From assembly GCF_009914755.1 (NCBI RefSeq), contig NC_060937.1: a stretch of DNA of 64,000 bases. The stretch is one strand, 5' to 3'. Positions 18,701 through 34,448 of the stretch are shown here, piece by piece. The number at the start of each line of letters is the position of its first letter. The first letter of the stretch is position 1. A program made the position numbers and the translations under genes. This stretch comes from the human T2T-CHM13v2.0 reference genome, Homo sapiens. Below the pieces are notes generated by a model. The model had not been told where the DNA came from. It ran no database searches and saw only the letters and a program-made list of their open reading frames with translations.

Positions 18701-19871
18701 AACTTCAAAAACTTAAATAGTAGATCGTAAAGTTCAATTGGATGTAATAACCAGTATTCAGTTTTAAAGACAATAAAATATTGCATATATAATATATAAA
18801 AATAATACACAGAAAGAGTCATAAATAGAGTGTACCACATTTAATATTTCATGAGACTCATTTCAATTGTGCAATTGGACATGTATGGTGAATCGCAATA
18901 TAATATGTACTTTTTATTGTGTGGTGAGGTCAAAGTAGATATTAACTGGCCTAGAAATGGAAGTGGGGAAGCTGTGAACGTATTTTTTTCCATATATTCG
19001 TTTTCAGGCTACATCTTAGGATATTTTTCTTTATTCAACTGTCCTATGAAACATGCTTTTTATCTGATTTCACTTACATAAAACATTGAGGCAGAAATAT
19101 GAAAAAAAGTGTTTTTTACATGTGTGCGCCTCTAGAGGTGATTTTGCCAAACTAATATTCTTTCAAGCCTTACCTTCTAAAGCTCCAACTTATAATGTTC
19201 AGAAAATTAAAACTCAATGAAAATGTGATATTATCAAAAGCATTCATATTATTGATTTTTACTTTATAATTTTACTAAACTTTAAAACTTCTAACACACA
19301 CAAACACACCATCATTACAATTTTGAAACAGCTTCAAAAGTGGAACTCAGATAAGTCAGCTTTTTCTTTATCTGCTTCAGGCAATGAGGAATTTGCTGTG
19401 TCTCAGTGAGACATTTGAAATTTCTCTTATTTAAATTGTCTCAACTTCAAAGCATTTAAAATACAAATCCATCTTTCTTGGCAGTCTCAATGTCAAAAAG
19501 TTATCAAGGGAACAAAACCCACCTTCGGTTTAATAAAATTATACTTTTATACAAAAGATATTGTCGTAATCTACAGCCAAACTAAACTCTATAAACAATC
19601 AGAACAATACTGAAATCAAATGACTCTATTTATAGAAAATTGTAAGAAAATAAGGAATATTAAAAACTCCAAAGAGACATAGAATCAAGAAGACTTGACT
19701 CACAGTTAACAATGCAGCCCACAGAACTGGATGAAATCACAAAAGCGATGGGAATATGAGAAGAGAGATGGACAATTCTGGCGTCTTTCTCTCTCTGATG
19801 GAATGAAAGTATCACTGCACATAGTTTACTCATTTGGGGTCTCGGTTCCTTCCTGAGAAAACATAACTTGG

Positions 19872-20167
<296 letters not shown>

Positions 20168-20299
20168 GTAACTTGGAAAACTCACTTGATGTTTACTTGC
20201 AATATAGATAGAGAAAACAACTGGATGAAAAGTAAGCTTTATTTCTAGTTTAAATATTATCACTAGCTAACATTTAGTAAGTGGTGTGATTTTCTTGAG

Positions 20300-20480
20300 C
20301 CAGACTGTTGAACTCAAAACCTGATGGCTGTATGACATTAGACAAATTACTTAAATTGTCTCAACCTCAGTTTTCTTATCTATAAAGTGGGAAAATAGTC
20401 CCACTTCAAAAGGTTGTTGTGAGATGTCAATAAATTAGTAGATATAAGCCACTTAATACAGTGTCTGGCACATATAAATT
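20300..20480 (+). mobile_element. MIR
   Basis: gacaaattacttaaattgtctcaacctcagttttcttatctataaagtggg...cagtgtctggcacata. Confidence 0.7.
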
Positions 20481-21061
20481 GATTTGCTATTATTGTTATT
20501 ATTTGCTTAATTTTTAAATCTTTACATCCTGACTTCCCAATGAAATTGCAAGATTAATGAGCCAGTCTGTTTGAGCATTGTCTCATTAAGAAGAAAGAGT
20601 TTCTAGCTAAATACAAGACCCATAAGAGCATTAATCACACTTTGGTACATTTATAAACACTCTTACAGAAACACTAAAAACTATATTAATGATAATATCA
20701 TCTATTAATAAGCCTTAAAATTGAACTTATTCATTTAGGTTCTGATATATAGGAACTTTGAGGAAAAAATATATCAGAAAAACATGCAAAAAACAAAAAA
20801 GTTGTCTTCTATATTTGCTTCTTCTCTATTTCTTTTGAACTTTAACTTCACAAACACAACTACACAAAAGCTTTCCTAAGCAGAAATAGCTTTTTTCCCT
20901 GCTAAGAGAGTAGACAGAAATCAAATTTACAGTTCCTGGCTGTTTGCTATATTGAGAAGAGGGAGCTTTTCAACACTCACAGTGCCAACCAAACTCTGAA
21001 CCAGACACACACTCTCTGATCTGTTTTGTCTTGTTTTGTTTTGTTTTCTTAATTCACATCC

Positions 21062-21467
21062 TGCTGTGGTTTGAATGTGTCCCCCAAAGTTTATGGGTTG
21101 GAAACTTAATACTCAAAGCAAAAGTGTGGAGAGGTGGGACCTGTAAGAGGTGATTAGATCATGAGAGCTCCACCCTCATGAATGGATGAATGCCTTTATT
21201 GCAGCAGAAGGTTAGTTCTCACAGGAGTGGGCTCCTAATAAAAGCATAAGTTCAGCCCCCTTCTCCCACCTCTCTCTTTCAGGAGCTTGCACTCTCTTGC
21301 CTTTCTGCCTTGCACCATGGGAGGACACAGCAAGAAGCTCTCACCGGATGCTAGACCCTCAACCTTGGACTTCTCAGCCTCCAGAACCACGAGAAATAAA
21401 TTTCTGTTTATTGTAAATTGCCCAGTCTCAAATATTATGTGACAGCTGCACTAAACAGACTAAGATG
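21062..21467 (+). mobile_element. MaLR solo LTR (MSTC/MSTD/MLT1A-like)
   Basis: tgctgtggtttgaatgtgtcccccaaag...gagaaataaatttctg...aaacagactaagatg. Confidence 0.8.
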
Positions 21468-24042
21468 CTCCCTTAACATAAACCACAGGGTTCCTATGGA
21501 AAACAGGCAACATGGAATGTTTCAGGCATTGTAATCATTGAAGGAAAGGAGAAACAAAAGGAGAGATTGTGCTGAAGTGAACAGAGCACATACTGTGACG
21601 GGAATCTCACAATCTTACCAACTTTGAGATCAGGTAAGCGTCTTGTCTGGAGATCAGATAAGGGTCTTGAGATCAGGAAAGGGTCTTGTAAAGAGCTTCT
21701 CTATGGTATATTTCAAATCTGAAATTTTGGATTCAGGTGAAATAGTTAAAGATCTGAGTTCTAATCCACTGTGTCACTTTGATTATGTAGTGTACAATGC
21801 CTTAAATGCATATTTTCTTACTTAGTGTAACAGAAACACCATAAGAGAGATGTCTTTGATAATCTCCAGTATGGAGGCACATAATTGAAAGTTCCAAAAG
21901 GTTGAATAACTTATGAATAGTGAACAGCAAGTTAGAGTTTGAATGCATTTCTTTGGAATTCAGAGCCTGTGTTTTTATACTGTCACACTACCTCTTATAT
22001 ATGCTTATTCACTGAATGTAAGTTGTATTATTTTCCCCACTGATATCTATTCAGGCTTGCATAAAAAGTTTCTCTTTTATAATTAGGGAAGCTAAATAAA
22101 CTCTATAAATTTAACAAAGATTTTCTGAATGATAATATGGTGGGCACTGTACATTGTATTGGAGTACGACAGTAAACAAAAAAAAATATGGTACCCAAGT
22201 TTATGGTTGAGAGGGAGACCCATTATTTTAAAGAAGTGTAAAAATCTGTCCAATTAATGCTTCCCTATCTTTTCATTGTAAATTATCAGAATTTAACTTT
22301 CACCATTTGCCAAGCTATTGTGCTGGATGCTTTTATACATTATTTCATCTAATCTAGGAATCAATTTTGTTTTTATTTTACAAAAGAGGAAACGTGCCTA
22401 ACTACTATATGCTTGTATCAATTTATTCTCCCTCCAGCATTGAATAAAAATGACTAATTTTATTGTATCTTCTTCAGTATTCATTACTTTCCTTAGAAAC
22501 TGCTAATTTGATAGATTAAAAACTGTAATTGTTTTCATTAGGATTTTTATCTTAATGAGGTTGGAAACCTGTTGATATATCAGCAAATATTTATTAGGCA
22601 GCTATTATTTACCAAGTAGTACACATGGCATAGAGGATAAAAGAAAAAAAAATGTTTGTTTTTTTTTTAAATGAGAAAGTAAAAGAAAGTTTATAGGCCT
22701 CACAGGTGAAGGTAAATAGCCCCATTTTATTCATGGCCTAGTATTATCTCTTTGGTCACAGGGTTACAGTTGGTTAATGTCCACATGGAAAGCAAAAGAC
22801 ATTCTGTATCAATACTATTGCTTCTTTTTAAAAATAAGGATTCTGTATTATAAAATTGACTATTGTTTGCCTTTTTGTACAGGTTTTTCTGTTCAGCTTT
22901 TTCTATTTTCTACATGCTAAAGGATAAAATTTAATGTGGTTCACAATTCAAAAGAAAATGATTTTTAAGGTGAGATAAATGTGTATTGTGATAGTAGCAT
23001 TTATAATTCACCTGTACAAATAATTACTAATCTAAATATGTAGTTCATTTTAATGTACTTCAAAAGTATGTCTATTGTTTTTGCTAAGATACATTAACCA
23101 TCTTGGATTTGTAATGTTGCATAAAGGCTGTTAGTTACTATCAAAAAAATCAGAATAGAACCAAAACCACATTTCTGATGTCTCAGCTTTCATTCTATTT
23201 TCTTTTAGCCAGATCATACTGTCTTCCCAATCTCTCACTTGACAGCAAGTGAAATTGCCCTAGGCTAGGAACATCACAGTATGAAAGTGAGATGTCATGA
23301 TAAAGACACCTAATTTTCATTGCACCCATATGGCATATTCATTTTTCCTAGTCTCTTTTTGGGTTGGAAAATCACCTATTTCATTATATCCCATTGATTT
23401 TGCTTGTTTGTTTAAAACTGTACCAACTGTCAGAATTGAGGCTATGCCTGTTTGTCCATGATAGTTGCTTTGCATGATTAGTCAAAGACTATGTCATGGT
23501 GGAATAACCATAAGATGTTGATTGTTCACTTATTAGGAAGTCTTAAGTTTAGTGATTGCTGGAATGCTACATAAGCTTATTATGCTCAGGGATTTGGATT
23601 AGTACCTTGATGATTCCCTGGGCCTTTTTCTCATCAAAACCAGACAGCTGCATACAATCAAGATATTGGTAAAAACAGAAAGTAGTCCCAGAAGTCCCTA
23701 GAAGACTTTCCTTTCTATGTCTTTGGCTAGAACTTTGTTACATACACGCTCCTATATAAAAGACATGTCTCACCTTCAGAGAGATTAAAGAATACCTGTT
23801 CCATCCCTGAACAAAAGCAGTGTGATAGCAATAAGGAAAAAGTTGGAGAAAAGCTTTTGTACAAAAATCCAGGAATGTCTGATAAAAATATTTTAAAAGT
23901 AAAGAGACTTATCAAATATAATCAGCTTTTAAATCACATTAAAAACAAAAGTAGAAATCATAAGTTAATTTTAATTCAAAGTGAATCAGAGTCATGGGAA
24001 TACATAAATTTATTAGAAATACCATACATTAGACACATATAA

Positions 24043-26320
24043 TGATATGGTTTGGCCGCATCTCCACCAAAGTCTCATCTTGAATTCTTACATGTTGTGG
24101 GAGGAACCTGGTAGGAGGTAATTGAATCATGGGAGCAGTTTTTTCTCATGCTGTTCTCATAATGGTGGGTGAGACTCGTGAGATCTGATGGTTTTATATG
24201 GGGGAGTTTCCCTGCACAAGCTCTCTCACTCTTTTAACCTGCTGCCATCCATGTAAGACAGGACTTGTTCCTCCTTGCCTTCTGCTATGATTCTGAGGCC
24301 TGCCCAGACACACAGAAGTGTAAGTCCATTAAACCTCTTTCTCTTCCTAGTCTCGGGTGTGTCTTTATCAGCAATATGAAAATGGACTAATACTTAAATT
24401 AGTACTAGCAGAGTGGGGCATTGTTGAAAAAATTCCTGAAAATGTGAAAGCAACTTTGGATCTGGGTAACAGGCAGATGTTGGAACAGTTTGGAGGACTC
24501 AGAAGAAGACAGGAAAATGTGATAATGTTTGGAACTTCCTAGAGACTTGTTGAATAGCTTTGAACAAAATGCTGATAGTGATATCGACAATAAAATCCAG
24601 GCTGAAGTGGTCACAGATGGAAGTGAGGAACTTGTTGGGAACTGCAGTAAAGGTGACTGTTGCTATGTTTTAGCAAAGAGACTGGTGGCATTTTCCCCCT
24701 GGCCTAGAGATTTATGGAACTTTGAACTTGAGAGATATGATTTAGGGTATCTGGCAGAAGAAATTTCTAAGCAGCAAAGCATTCAAGAGGTGACTTGGGT
24801 GCTGTTAAAGGCATTCAGTTTTATAAGAGAAGCAGAGCATAAAAGTTCAGGAAAATTTCAGCCTGACAATGCAATAGAAAAGAAAATCCCATTTTCTGAG
24901 GAGAAATTCAAGCCAGCTGCAGAAATTTGCATAAGTAATGAGGAGTCAAATGTTAATCCCCAAGACAATGGGGAAAATGTCTCCAGGGCATGTCAGAGAC
25001 CCTTGCAGCAGCCCCTCTCATCACAAGCCCTGAGGTATTGGAAGAAAAAGTGGTTTCATGGGCTGGGCCCAGGGTCCCTGTGCTGTGTGCAGCTTAGGGA
25101 TTTGGTGTTGTGGATTGTAGCCATTCCAGCTGGGGCTGAGAGGAGCCAACATGGAACTCAGGCTGTGCCTTTGGAGGGTGCAAGCCCCAAGCCTTGGTAG
25201 CCATGTGATGTTGAGGCTGTGGGTGCACAGAAGTCAAGAATCGAGGTTTGGGAACCTCCCCTTAGATTTCAGAAAATGTATGGAAATGCCTGGGTGCCCA
25301 GGCAGAATTTTGCTGCAGGAGTGGAGCCCTCAGGGATAACCTCTGCTGTTGAAGTGTGGAACAGAAATGTAGGGTCAGAGTCCCCACACAGACTCCCTAC
25401 TGGAGCACTGCCTAGTGGAGCTGTAAGAAGAGGGCCACCATCCTCGTCCTCAAGACCTCAGAGTTGTAGATCCACTGGCAGCTTGCACCATGCACCTGGA
25501 AAAGTTGTGAACTCTCAAAACCAGCCTGTGAAGGCAGCTGGGATGGAGGTTGCGACCTGCAAAGCCACAGGGGTGAAGCTGCCCAAAACCATGGGACACC
25601 ACCTCTTGTATCAGAGTGACCTGGATGGAGAGATGGACCCAAAGGAGATCATTTTGGAGCTTTAAGATTTAATTGCCCTGTTGGATTTCAGACATCCGTG
25701 GAGTCTGTAGCCTCTTTGTTTTTGCCAATTTCTCCCATTTGGAATGGCTGTATTTACCCAATGCCTGTACCCCCATTGTATCTAAGAAATAACTAACTTG
25801 CTTTTGATTTTACAGGCTCATAGGCAAAAGGGTCTTGCCTTGTGTTAGATGAGACTTTGAACTGTGGACTTCTGAGTTAATGCTGAAATGAGTTAAGACT
25901 TTGGGATACTGTTGAGAAGGCATGATTGGTTTTGAAATGTGAGGACATGAGATTTGGAGGGGCCAGGGGTGAAATGATATGGTTCGGCTATGTCCCCACC
26001 CAGATCTCATCTTGAATTTCCACCTATTGTGAGAGGGACCTGGTGGGAGGTAATTGAATTATGAAAGCAGGTCATTATCATGCTGTTCTTGTGATGGTAG
26101 GTGAATCTCACAAGATCTGATGGTTTTATAAGGGGGAATTTCCCTGCACAAGCTCTCTTATTTGCCTGCCACCATCCATGTAAGACGTGACTTGCTCCTC
26201 CTTACTGTCTGCCATGACTGTGAGACCTCCCCATCCACGTGGAAATGTAAGTCCATTAAACCTCTTTTTCTTCCCAGCCTCAGGTATATCTTTATCAAAG
26301 TGTGAAAAAGAAGTAGTACA
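24043..26320 (+). mobile_element. Full THE1 (THE1A-like) MaLR provirus: LTR 24043-24394, internal region, LTR 25975-26320
   Basis: Two LTRs starting tgatatgg; ~1.58 kb THE1-int containing the typical MaLR ORF remnant (24529-25200); short THE1A-type 3' LTR end. Confidence 0.9.
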
Positions 26321-26351
26321 CATACCAAAATCAAAGAAAAGTTTTTCTTAT

Positions 26352-26697
26352 TGTAGTAGTCCATTTTCATACTGCTGATAAAGACATACCTGAGACTGGG
26401 TAATTTACAAAAGAAAGAGGTTTATTGGATTTACAGTTCCACATGGCTGGGAAGGCCTCATGATCATGGCAGAAGGTGAAAGGCATATCTCACATGACAG
26501 TAGACTAGAGAAAAGAGAGCTTATGCAGGGGAACTCCTCTTTTTAAAACCATCAGCTCTCTTGAGACTTATTCACTATCATGAGAATAGCACGGGAAAAA
26601 CTTGTCCCCATAATTCAATTACCTCCCACCAGGTTTCTCCCACAACATGTGGGAATTCAAGGTGAGATTCAGGTGGGAACACAGCCAAACCATATCA
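26352..26697 (-). mobile_element. THE1 solo LTR (THE1A/B-like)
   Basis: tgtagtagtccattttcatactgctgataaagacatacc...gccaaaccatatca; 5-bp TSD cttat/ctcat. Confidence 0.9.
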
Positions 26698-28588
26698 CTC
26701 ATTGAACCATATTTTTAAGTACTCCAACTTAATTGAATTAATATGTTATAGAATCATGGCTTGATTCCATTGTGCAACAAGGAGTTCAAAATTTATTGAC
26801 CCGGTTCAGCCTCAGTAATAAAAGAGAACATATGTTTAGTTAATTTAACAAAAATATTATCAGAACATATTTCTGTAACAACAGAGATGTTTTCCATAGC
26901 CAGCATTGTCAAGAAGGAACCTAGTATTCTTTAATTAATCACAATAATATTTAAGTTTGTTGTGAGATAGAAAGTCCACCTTTGAAAATTGAACATATGG
27001 CAACTATGAAACACATCTATCATGAAAAGAAAAAACAATAACAAGCTTCATCTAGATTTTGAGAAATTATAATTTCCTGCTATTTTTAGTAACTTCTTAA
27101 AGTTAGAAATAGCACAATTTAAAACAAAAAAGACCCTTAAATTTGTTTTTTAGTAAAAAGATTTAAAATATAAATATTTAAAATTAGTAAGTTAAAGCAT
27201 ATTTTATTTTTGTGTGATAGATTTCTTAATCCCAATTTAATTAATTTGAATTAAAAAATTTAATTAAAAAATTTAAGATAACTACTATAATGCAAAATTA
27301 TTTTCAACTGTTCATATAGTTAATATGATTAAGTAGGCAGCTATACCCTTAACTTTGTATTACTAAATATTTTCTTTTAAGTAAAATAATCTTTACATGA
27401 TTGCCTTTTATTCTTTTTAGATGTGCTTTTGCAGACTTAAAACTACAAGGTGGTCAGTAATTATAGATGACTTTTTCAATATTTCATTTGCAGCTGCACA
27501 TAAAATATAAAGTTATATTTGAAGAGAATGGGTATGGTATAGGTTTCTATAAACATTAACCGCAATGAACATTTAAATAATCAATATCACAGAGATAAGA
27601 TAGAATCTTAATTGTCCAAAGAAAGTAAAATTGCTCAAATTTAAGTCAATGACTGAATTTTTGTTGGTGTACCAAAATAAGGTTTCTAATTTTTAAAAAG
27701 TAGAAATTACACTTGAAAAAAAGTGTGATTAATCAATTAAAATTTGGAGGGAAAGCTTCTTCACCTCAGCATGTGTAAAACAAGCATGAAGAGCAGTGTT
27801 CTAACAAATATTTGTTTCTGAAAGATAAAAGCTAAGTCTGTTGTGTAAGTGGTTACTATATCAAGTTAGGTTACAAAGAATATTTTCTTAGAGTTTTCTA
27901 GATACCATCAGGGCTAATGCTTGGAATTTGCTTTCCTTTGTGCCTTTCTATTCACTTCCTAGCAATGGCCTCTGTCCTTCCATCTCTCCATCTCATTCTG
28001 CCCCAGGAAGAGTGCAAGAAGTGGCCTTTCCTCCTTCTTTTCATTAGTACTAGTGGCTTGACCAGTTAGTTTCAGCAAGATACATCCCTAACTCTATCAA
28101 CTTTTGAATTGTCAAGGAAATCAAGCCTATTATAGATTCTGTTCTCAGTGTACAAAGTTATAACAATGGCAACTCACCATCATTTTATATTTCCCTACAA
28201 AATTGAGATTTTAAAAAAGTGGGAGCAAGGAAGGGAGGAAAGATCTATGGCCTGATGAAAGTGAGTTATAAGAAGGAGCTTCTTTCTATTTTGTCTGTTA
28301 ATAAACACTGTTTAAATTTGAAAGAACAGTTGATTTGCAATCAAGACTGTTTTGATCCATGTTGAATTCGATCAGATTTATAAGGAAGCAGGAGACTATG
28401 GCCATGGAAATTACGGTAATGTGGTGCCCAAGCAAAGAGTACTAGAGAAAAAAATCAATCAGGTAAAGAGGCTCTGGAGGCACCTAATGCCATATATAAC
28501 TAACTACCTCTTGTCTTAATATGTTTTGTGCTGTTCTGACAGAATGCTTGAGACTTAGATGATTTATGAAGAAAAGAGATACATTTCT

Positions 28589-30356
<1,768 letters not shown>

Positions 30357-30481
30357 AATAAGGGTAAGATATAAGGCATGATTCATCCTGAAGCAAATTA
30401 GTCTCCAGCTTGGAGCCTATAAAATTAACAAGTAATGTGCTTCCAAAATACAATACTAGGACAGGTATGGGATATATATTC

Positions 30482-30868
30482 TGTATTAGACCATTCTTGC
30501 ATTGCTATAAAGAAATACCTAAGACTGGGCAATTTATAAAGAAAACAGGTTTAATTCGTTCATGATTCTGCAAACTATACAGGAAGCATTGCACCCACAT
30601 CTCAGCTTCTGGAGAGGCCTCAGGTATCTTTTACTCATGGCAGAAGGCAAAGAGGGAGCAGGTATTTTACATGACAAAGCAGAAGCAAGCAAAAGAGTGG
30701 GGGGTGAGGTGTCACAGACTTTTACATGACCGGATCTCACAAGAACACACTATCGTGAAGATAGCACCAAGCCATTAGGGATCCACCAGCATAAGCCAAA
30801 CACCTCAAGCACTGGGGATTACACTTCAACATGAGATTTGAGTGGGGACAAATATCCAAATTATATCA
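30482..30868 (-). mobile_element. MSTA/MSTB solo LTR nested in the MaLR internal region
   Basis: tgtattagaccattcttgcattgctataaagaaatacc...aaatatccaaattatatca; TSD tattc/cattc. Confidence 0.85.
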
Positions 30869-33800
30869 CATTCCTATTCCAAAAGGGAAAAATAGGCAAC
30901 TGGGCAAAGGAAGTCTAAAGCCCAATAGGCAAGATTACATTAAACCTTAAGGCTGAAGAATAATCCCTTTTGCCTCCATCTCCTGCATCCTAGGCATACA
31001 CAGATAGTGCTATGTTCCTAAGGCCACAGTCAGCACCAGCCCCATGGCTTTGCTGGGCTCAGTCCACCCAGCAGCTCTCACAGGTTCAAGTATCACACTT
31101 GCAGCTTTCCCAGGGTGGAGATGCAGGCTGGTGGCCTTACAGTTCTGGGGTCTTGGGGGCTACCCCACTCCCAGGTCTTCACTAGGCATTGCCCTATTGG
31201 AGACTCTCTTCAGTGGTTATGTCCCTGTGACAAGTCTCTGCCTGGGCCCTCAGGCTGTCCAGTACATCCTTTGAAATATAGGCAGAGGCTGCATGGTCCC
31301 AAAGCCCTTGAATTGTACATGTCTACAGAGTCAGCATCATGTTGTACCAGTCAGCATCAATAAGCCTTGCCATAAAGGCTTATTCCTTGTGCCCTCCAGA
31401 GCAGTGGCCCAAGCCATAGTGGAGCCCACATTGCACTTGTGCCCACTTAAGAAACAGCTGGGTCAGCCAAGGAGCAATGTTCTAGAATCAAAGGAGCAGA
31501 ATTCCAAGGTGATCCTGAGCAGCAGCCCCAGGAATGTGTCCTGGGCCTGTCCCCTGAAAAAATTCTGCCTTCCTAGAGCTCTGGTCCTCTAATGGGCAGG
31601 GCAGTCTCTATAATCTCCAAAATGCCTGTGGGGTCACTCTCTTATTGACTTCATAAATAGCACTTGGTTTCCTTCTAACCCTATTAATCTCTTTAGCAAA
31701 TTCTTTTGAGAAAGAATAGTAAGAACGCCTCATGAATTTCATCATTTCTTTCTTTTCTCCTTTTGTTGTAAGCAACAGAAAGAAGCCAGGCAGCACCATG
31801 AATCCTTTGCTGCTTAGATGTTTCTTCTGTCAGATATCTTAGTTAATTGCTTATAAGTTCTGCCTTTTACAAAGTCTTAGGATATTCCATCATGTTCTTT
31901 GCAACTCTATAAGATGGAATATCTTAGGATATTCCATCATGTTCTTTGCAACTCTATCTAAAATAAGGTACTATTTACTCTAGTTTTTAATATTTTGGTC
32001 CTCAAATCCGTTTACGACTTAGTCAGAATGATCTTTACCTCTTATATTTTCATGGACATTTTGATCAATACTGCTTAAGAAATTCCAGACTATTCTCTTC
32101 TTTTGAACCCGCACCAGAAGGACCCTTAATACTCTACTTATGGTAATCTGGGCTTTTTCTAGCCTGCTCCTCCAAATGCTTCCAGGTTTTACCCACTATC
32201 CAGTTCCAAATCCACTTGCACATTTTTAGGTATTTGTTATGGCAACCTCCCCACCTCTTGGTACCAGTGTTCTGTCTTAGTCTGTTTTGTGCTGCTAAAC
32301 AAAATACCTGAGACTAGGTATTAATAAAGGAAAAAATAATTATCAGAGTTCTATAGGCTGGGAAGTCCAAGTTCTGTGAGTTACATCTGGTGAGGGCCTC
32401 CTTATTCCATCATCCCATGGGAGAAGACAGAAGGGCAAGAGAGGATGAGGGCAGGGGGATAGGATAGGGGCCAAACTTATCCTTTTATCAGGAAATCACT
32501 TCCAAGATAACTAATCGATTCTTGAGATTAGTGAATTAATCAATATTGTTGAAATGAGGATAAACCTTCTAACACATGAATTTTGGGGGACACATTAAAA
32601 CCATGGCAACCATATGACTCTCTCCTTGAGAACAATGATCCAACTTTCTAACATTCAATATCCAAGCAAACTGTTGGGGTATAACTTATTTTAAAGTGCA
32701 TGAGTGCTTGTGTATATAAATGAACAGAACCTATACTATGCCTAAATCCAGTGCTTCCACTACCCACGTTCTTTAGCTGAAGCAGTTTTTCCTCCTCTAA
32801 TCCCAAAATACAAGGTTTAAGCCCCAAACCCTATTTGATTTTAGAAAATGTGTGTTTAATAAGTTTACATTTAGTACATTTTTAAGAATTCCCAGGGACC
32901 ATTTCTTTAGTCCAACAAATTGATCTTGGTTTTCTCTTGCCATATCTTGTTGCAGTGTCCTTCTGAGATTCTACTTACTACCTCTTGTTTGATAACTGAT
33001 TCTCCAAAGTTGCTATTTCCCAGAAAGGGGAGTGGCTCTATATTAATCTCTCCAGTGTCATTAATACCAAGCTTAATATACAAGACAACTTTTGCTAACA
33101 TTTAATTATAACATCAAGAACTATAATGCAGGAAGAGAAATCTTAAAAATGGGTACCAGGTAATATAGTCTAAGAGTCAAGCAGTGTTTTTACTCCAGAA
33201 TCAATTGTTTTTCTTGAACCATTCTGCCTGGGGTCAAATTCTGCCCTTATTCTTGGAGTCAAATTCCCACTGTCTCTCTTGTGGGAGTGGAGAGAAAGGA
33301 AATGAACAAACATTATAGTAATTTCCTCATGCTCTGAGTCCTAATGACATTATAATCACTCCATATGAGTGTCTTCCTTTAGAGTTCATTACTGATTCAA
33401 GATTGCTCTGTATCTGCTTGAGTTAATGTTGATCTCAGATCAACCCAACAAGAATAAAGGGGAACAGTATTTTCCAGGCACAAATTCAATGTCCAACCTA
33501 AAATTTAAAATCTGTTTATAAATCCCATATTTGCCATCATGACAGCTTCAATAATTTTAAAATCCATATTCCACTTTAAGCTGTAGGAGAAATTCTTGGT
33601 AAATTTAAAATAGCAGTTTATTCCCACTGCATAAGCATTACTGCTTCTAAATATTGGAGCATTAAGTAAGTGCAAATTACTTTCTCTTATGGAATATCTT
33701 TTAGTATTTCAAATAAAATGCACCTTTTAAGAATGACTGATAACTCATAATTCAGTACTTAATGCATAAAACTTTGAACAACTGTATTTGAATGTAGTTT

Positions 33801-34448
33801 TTTTATATTCACAGCCCAACCATTCTATCTTATAGTGCCATTTAGTAATTGCTGCATAGTTCTTGAGTAGTTCATATCTGAATTTGAAAATTTGAAATGT
33901 TTTTGAATTATTTATACCATAATATAAAGTTGAAGAAGTAAAAAATCAAGAGAAAAAAGAACTTTGGGAAGAAGGATTTTTTTAACTTCAGGTTGGAGTA
34001 AACAAGTCAAATGTCTGCTTTCTTACCATGTTTTCAAGAAAGGCTTTTAGTTGAATGAGCACACTTACAAATAACAGAATTAACGTTGGGTCTCGATTTT
34101 CTGCTTTAGCTTCTATATCTTTATCTTCCAACCTTACATTATCCCATATAGCTCTTCATAAGTATATCCTACTTATCATGTCCTACAAAGTTGTAGAACA
34201 TCAGGTTGGAAAAATGATATTTAAGGACCGTTTAATCAAACTCATATCTGATATATATATATGCTTATATATATATTTAAACATTCTGATAAATAGTTGC
34301 AATGTTTATCAGAAATATAGCTTGCTACTTCTAGAAACAGAAAAGTTTTATTACATATTTCACACTATACATTTATTGTCTGCCATTGCATAAGTCCTAT
34401 ATGAGATGCTTATTTCAAAGAGATAAAGAAAGAGTCAATCTCTGCCTT

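Noticed and set aside
24529-25665. 223-aa and 148-aa ORFs as a novel gene
   Set aside because: They are the standard THE1-internal ORF remnant, broken into two frames; no sign of domestication.
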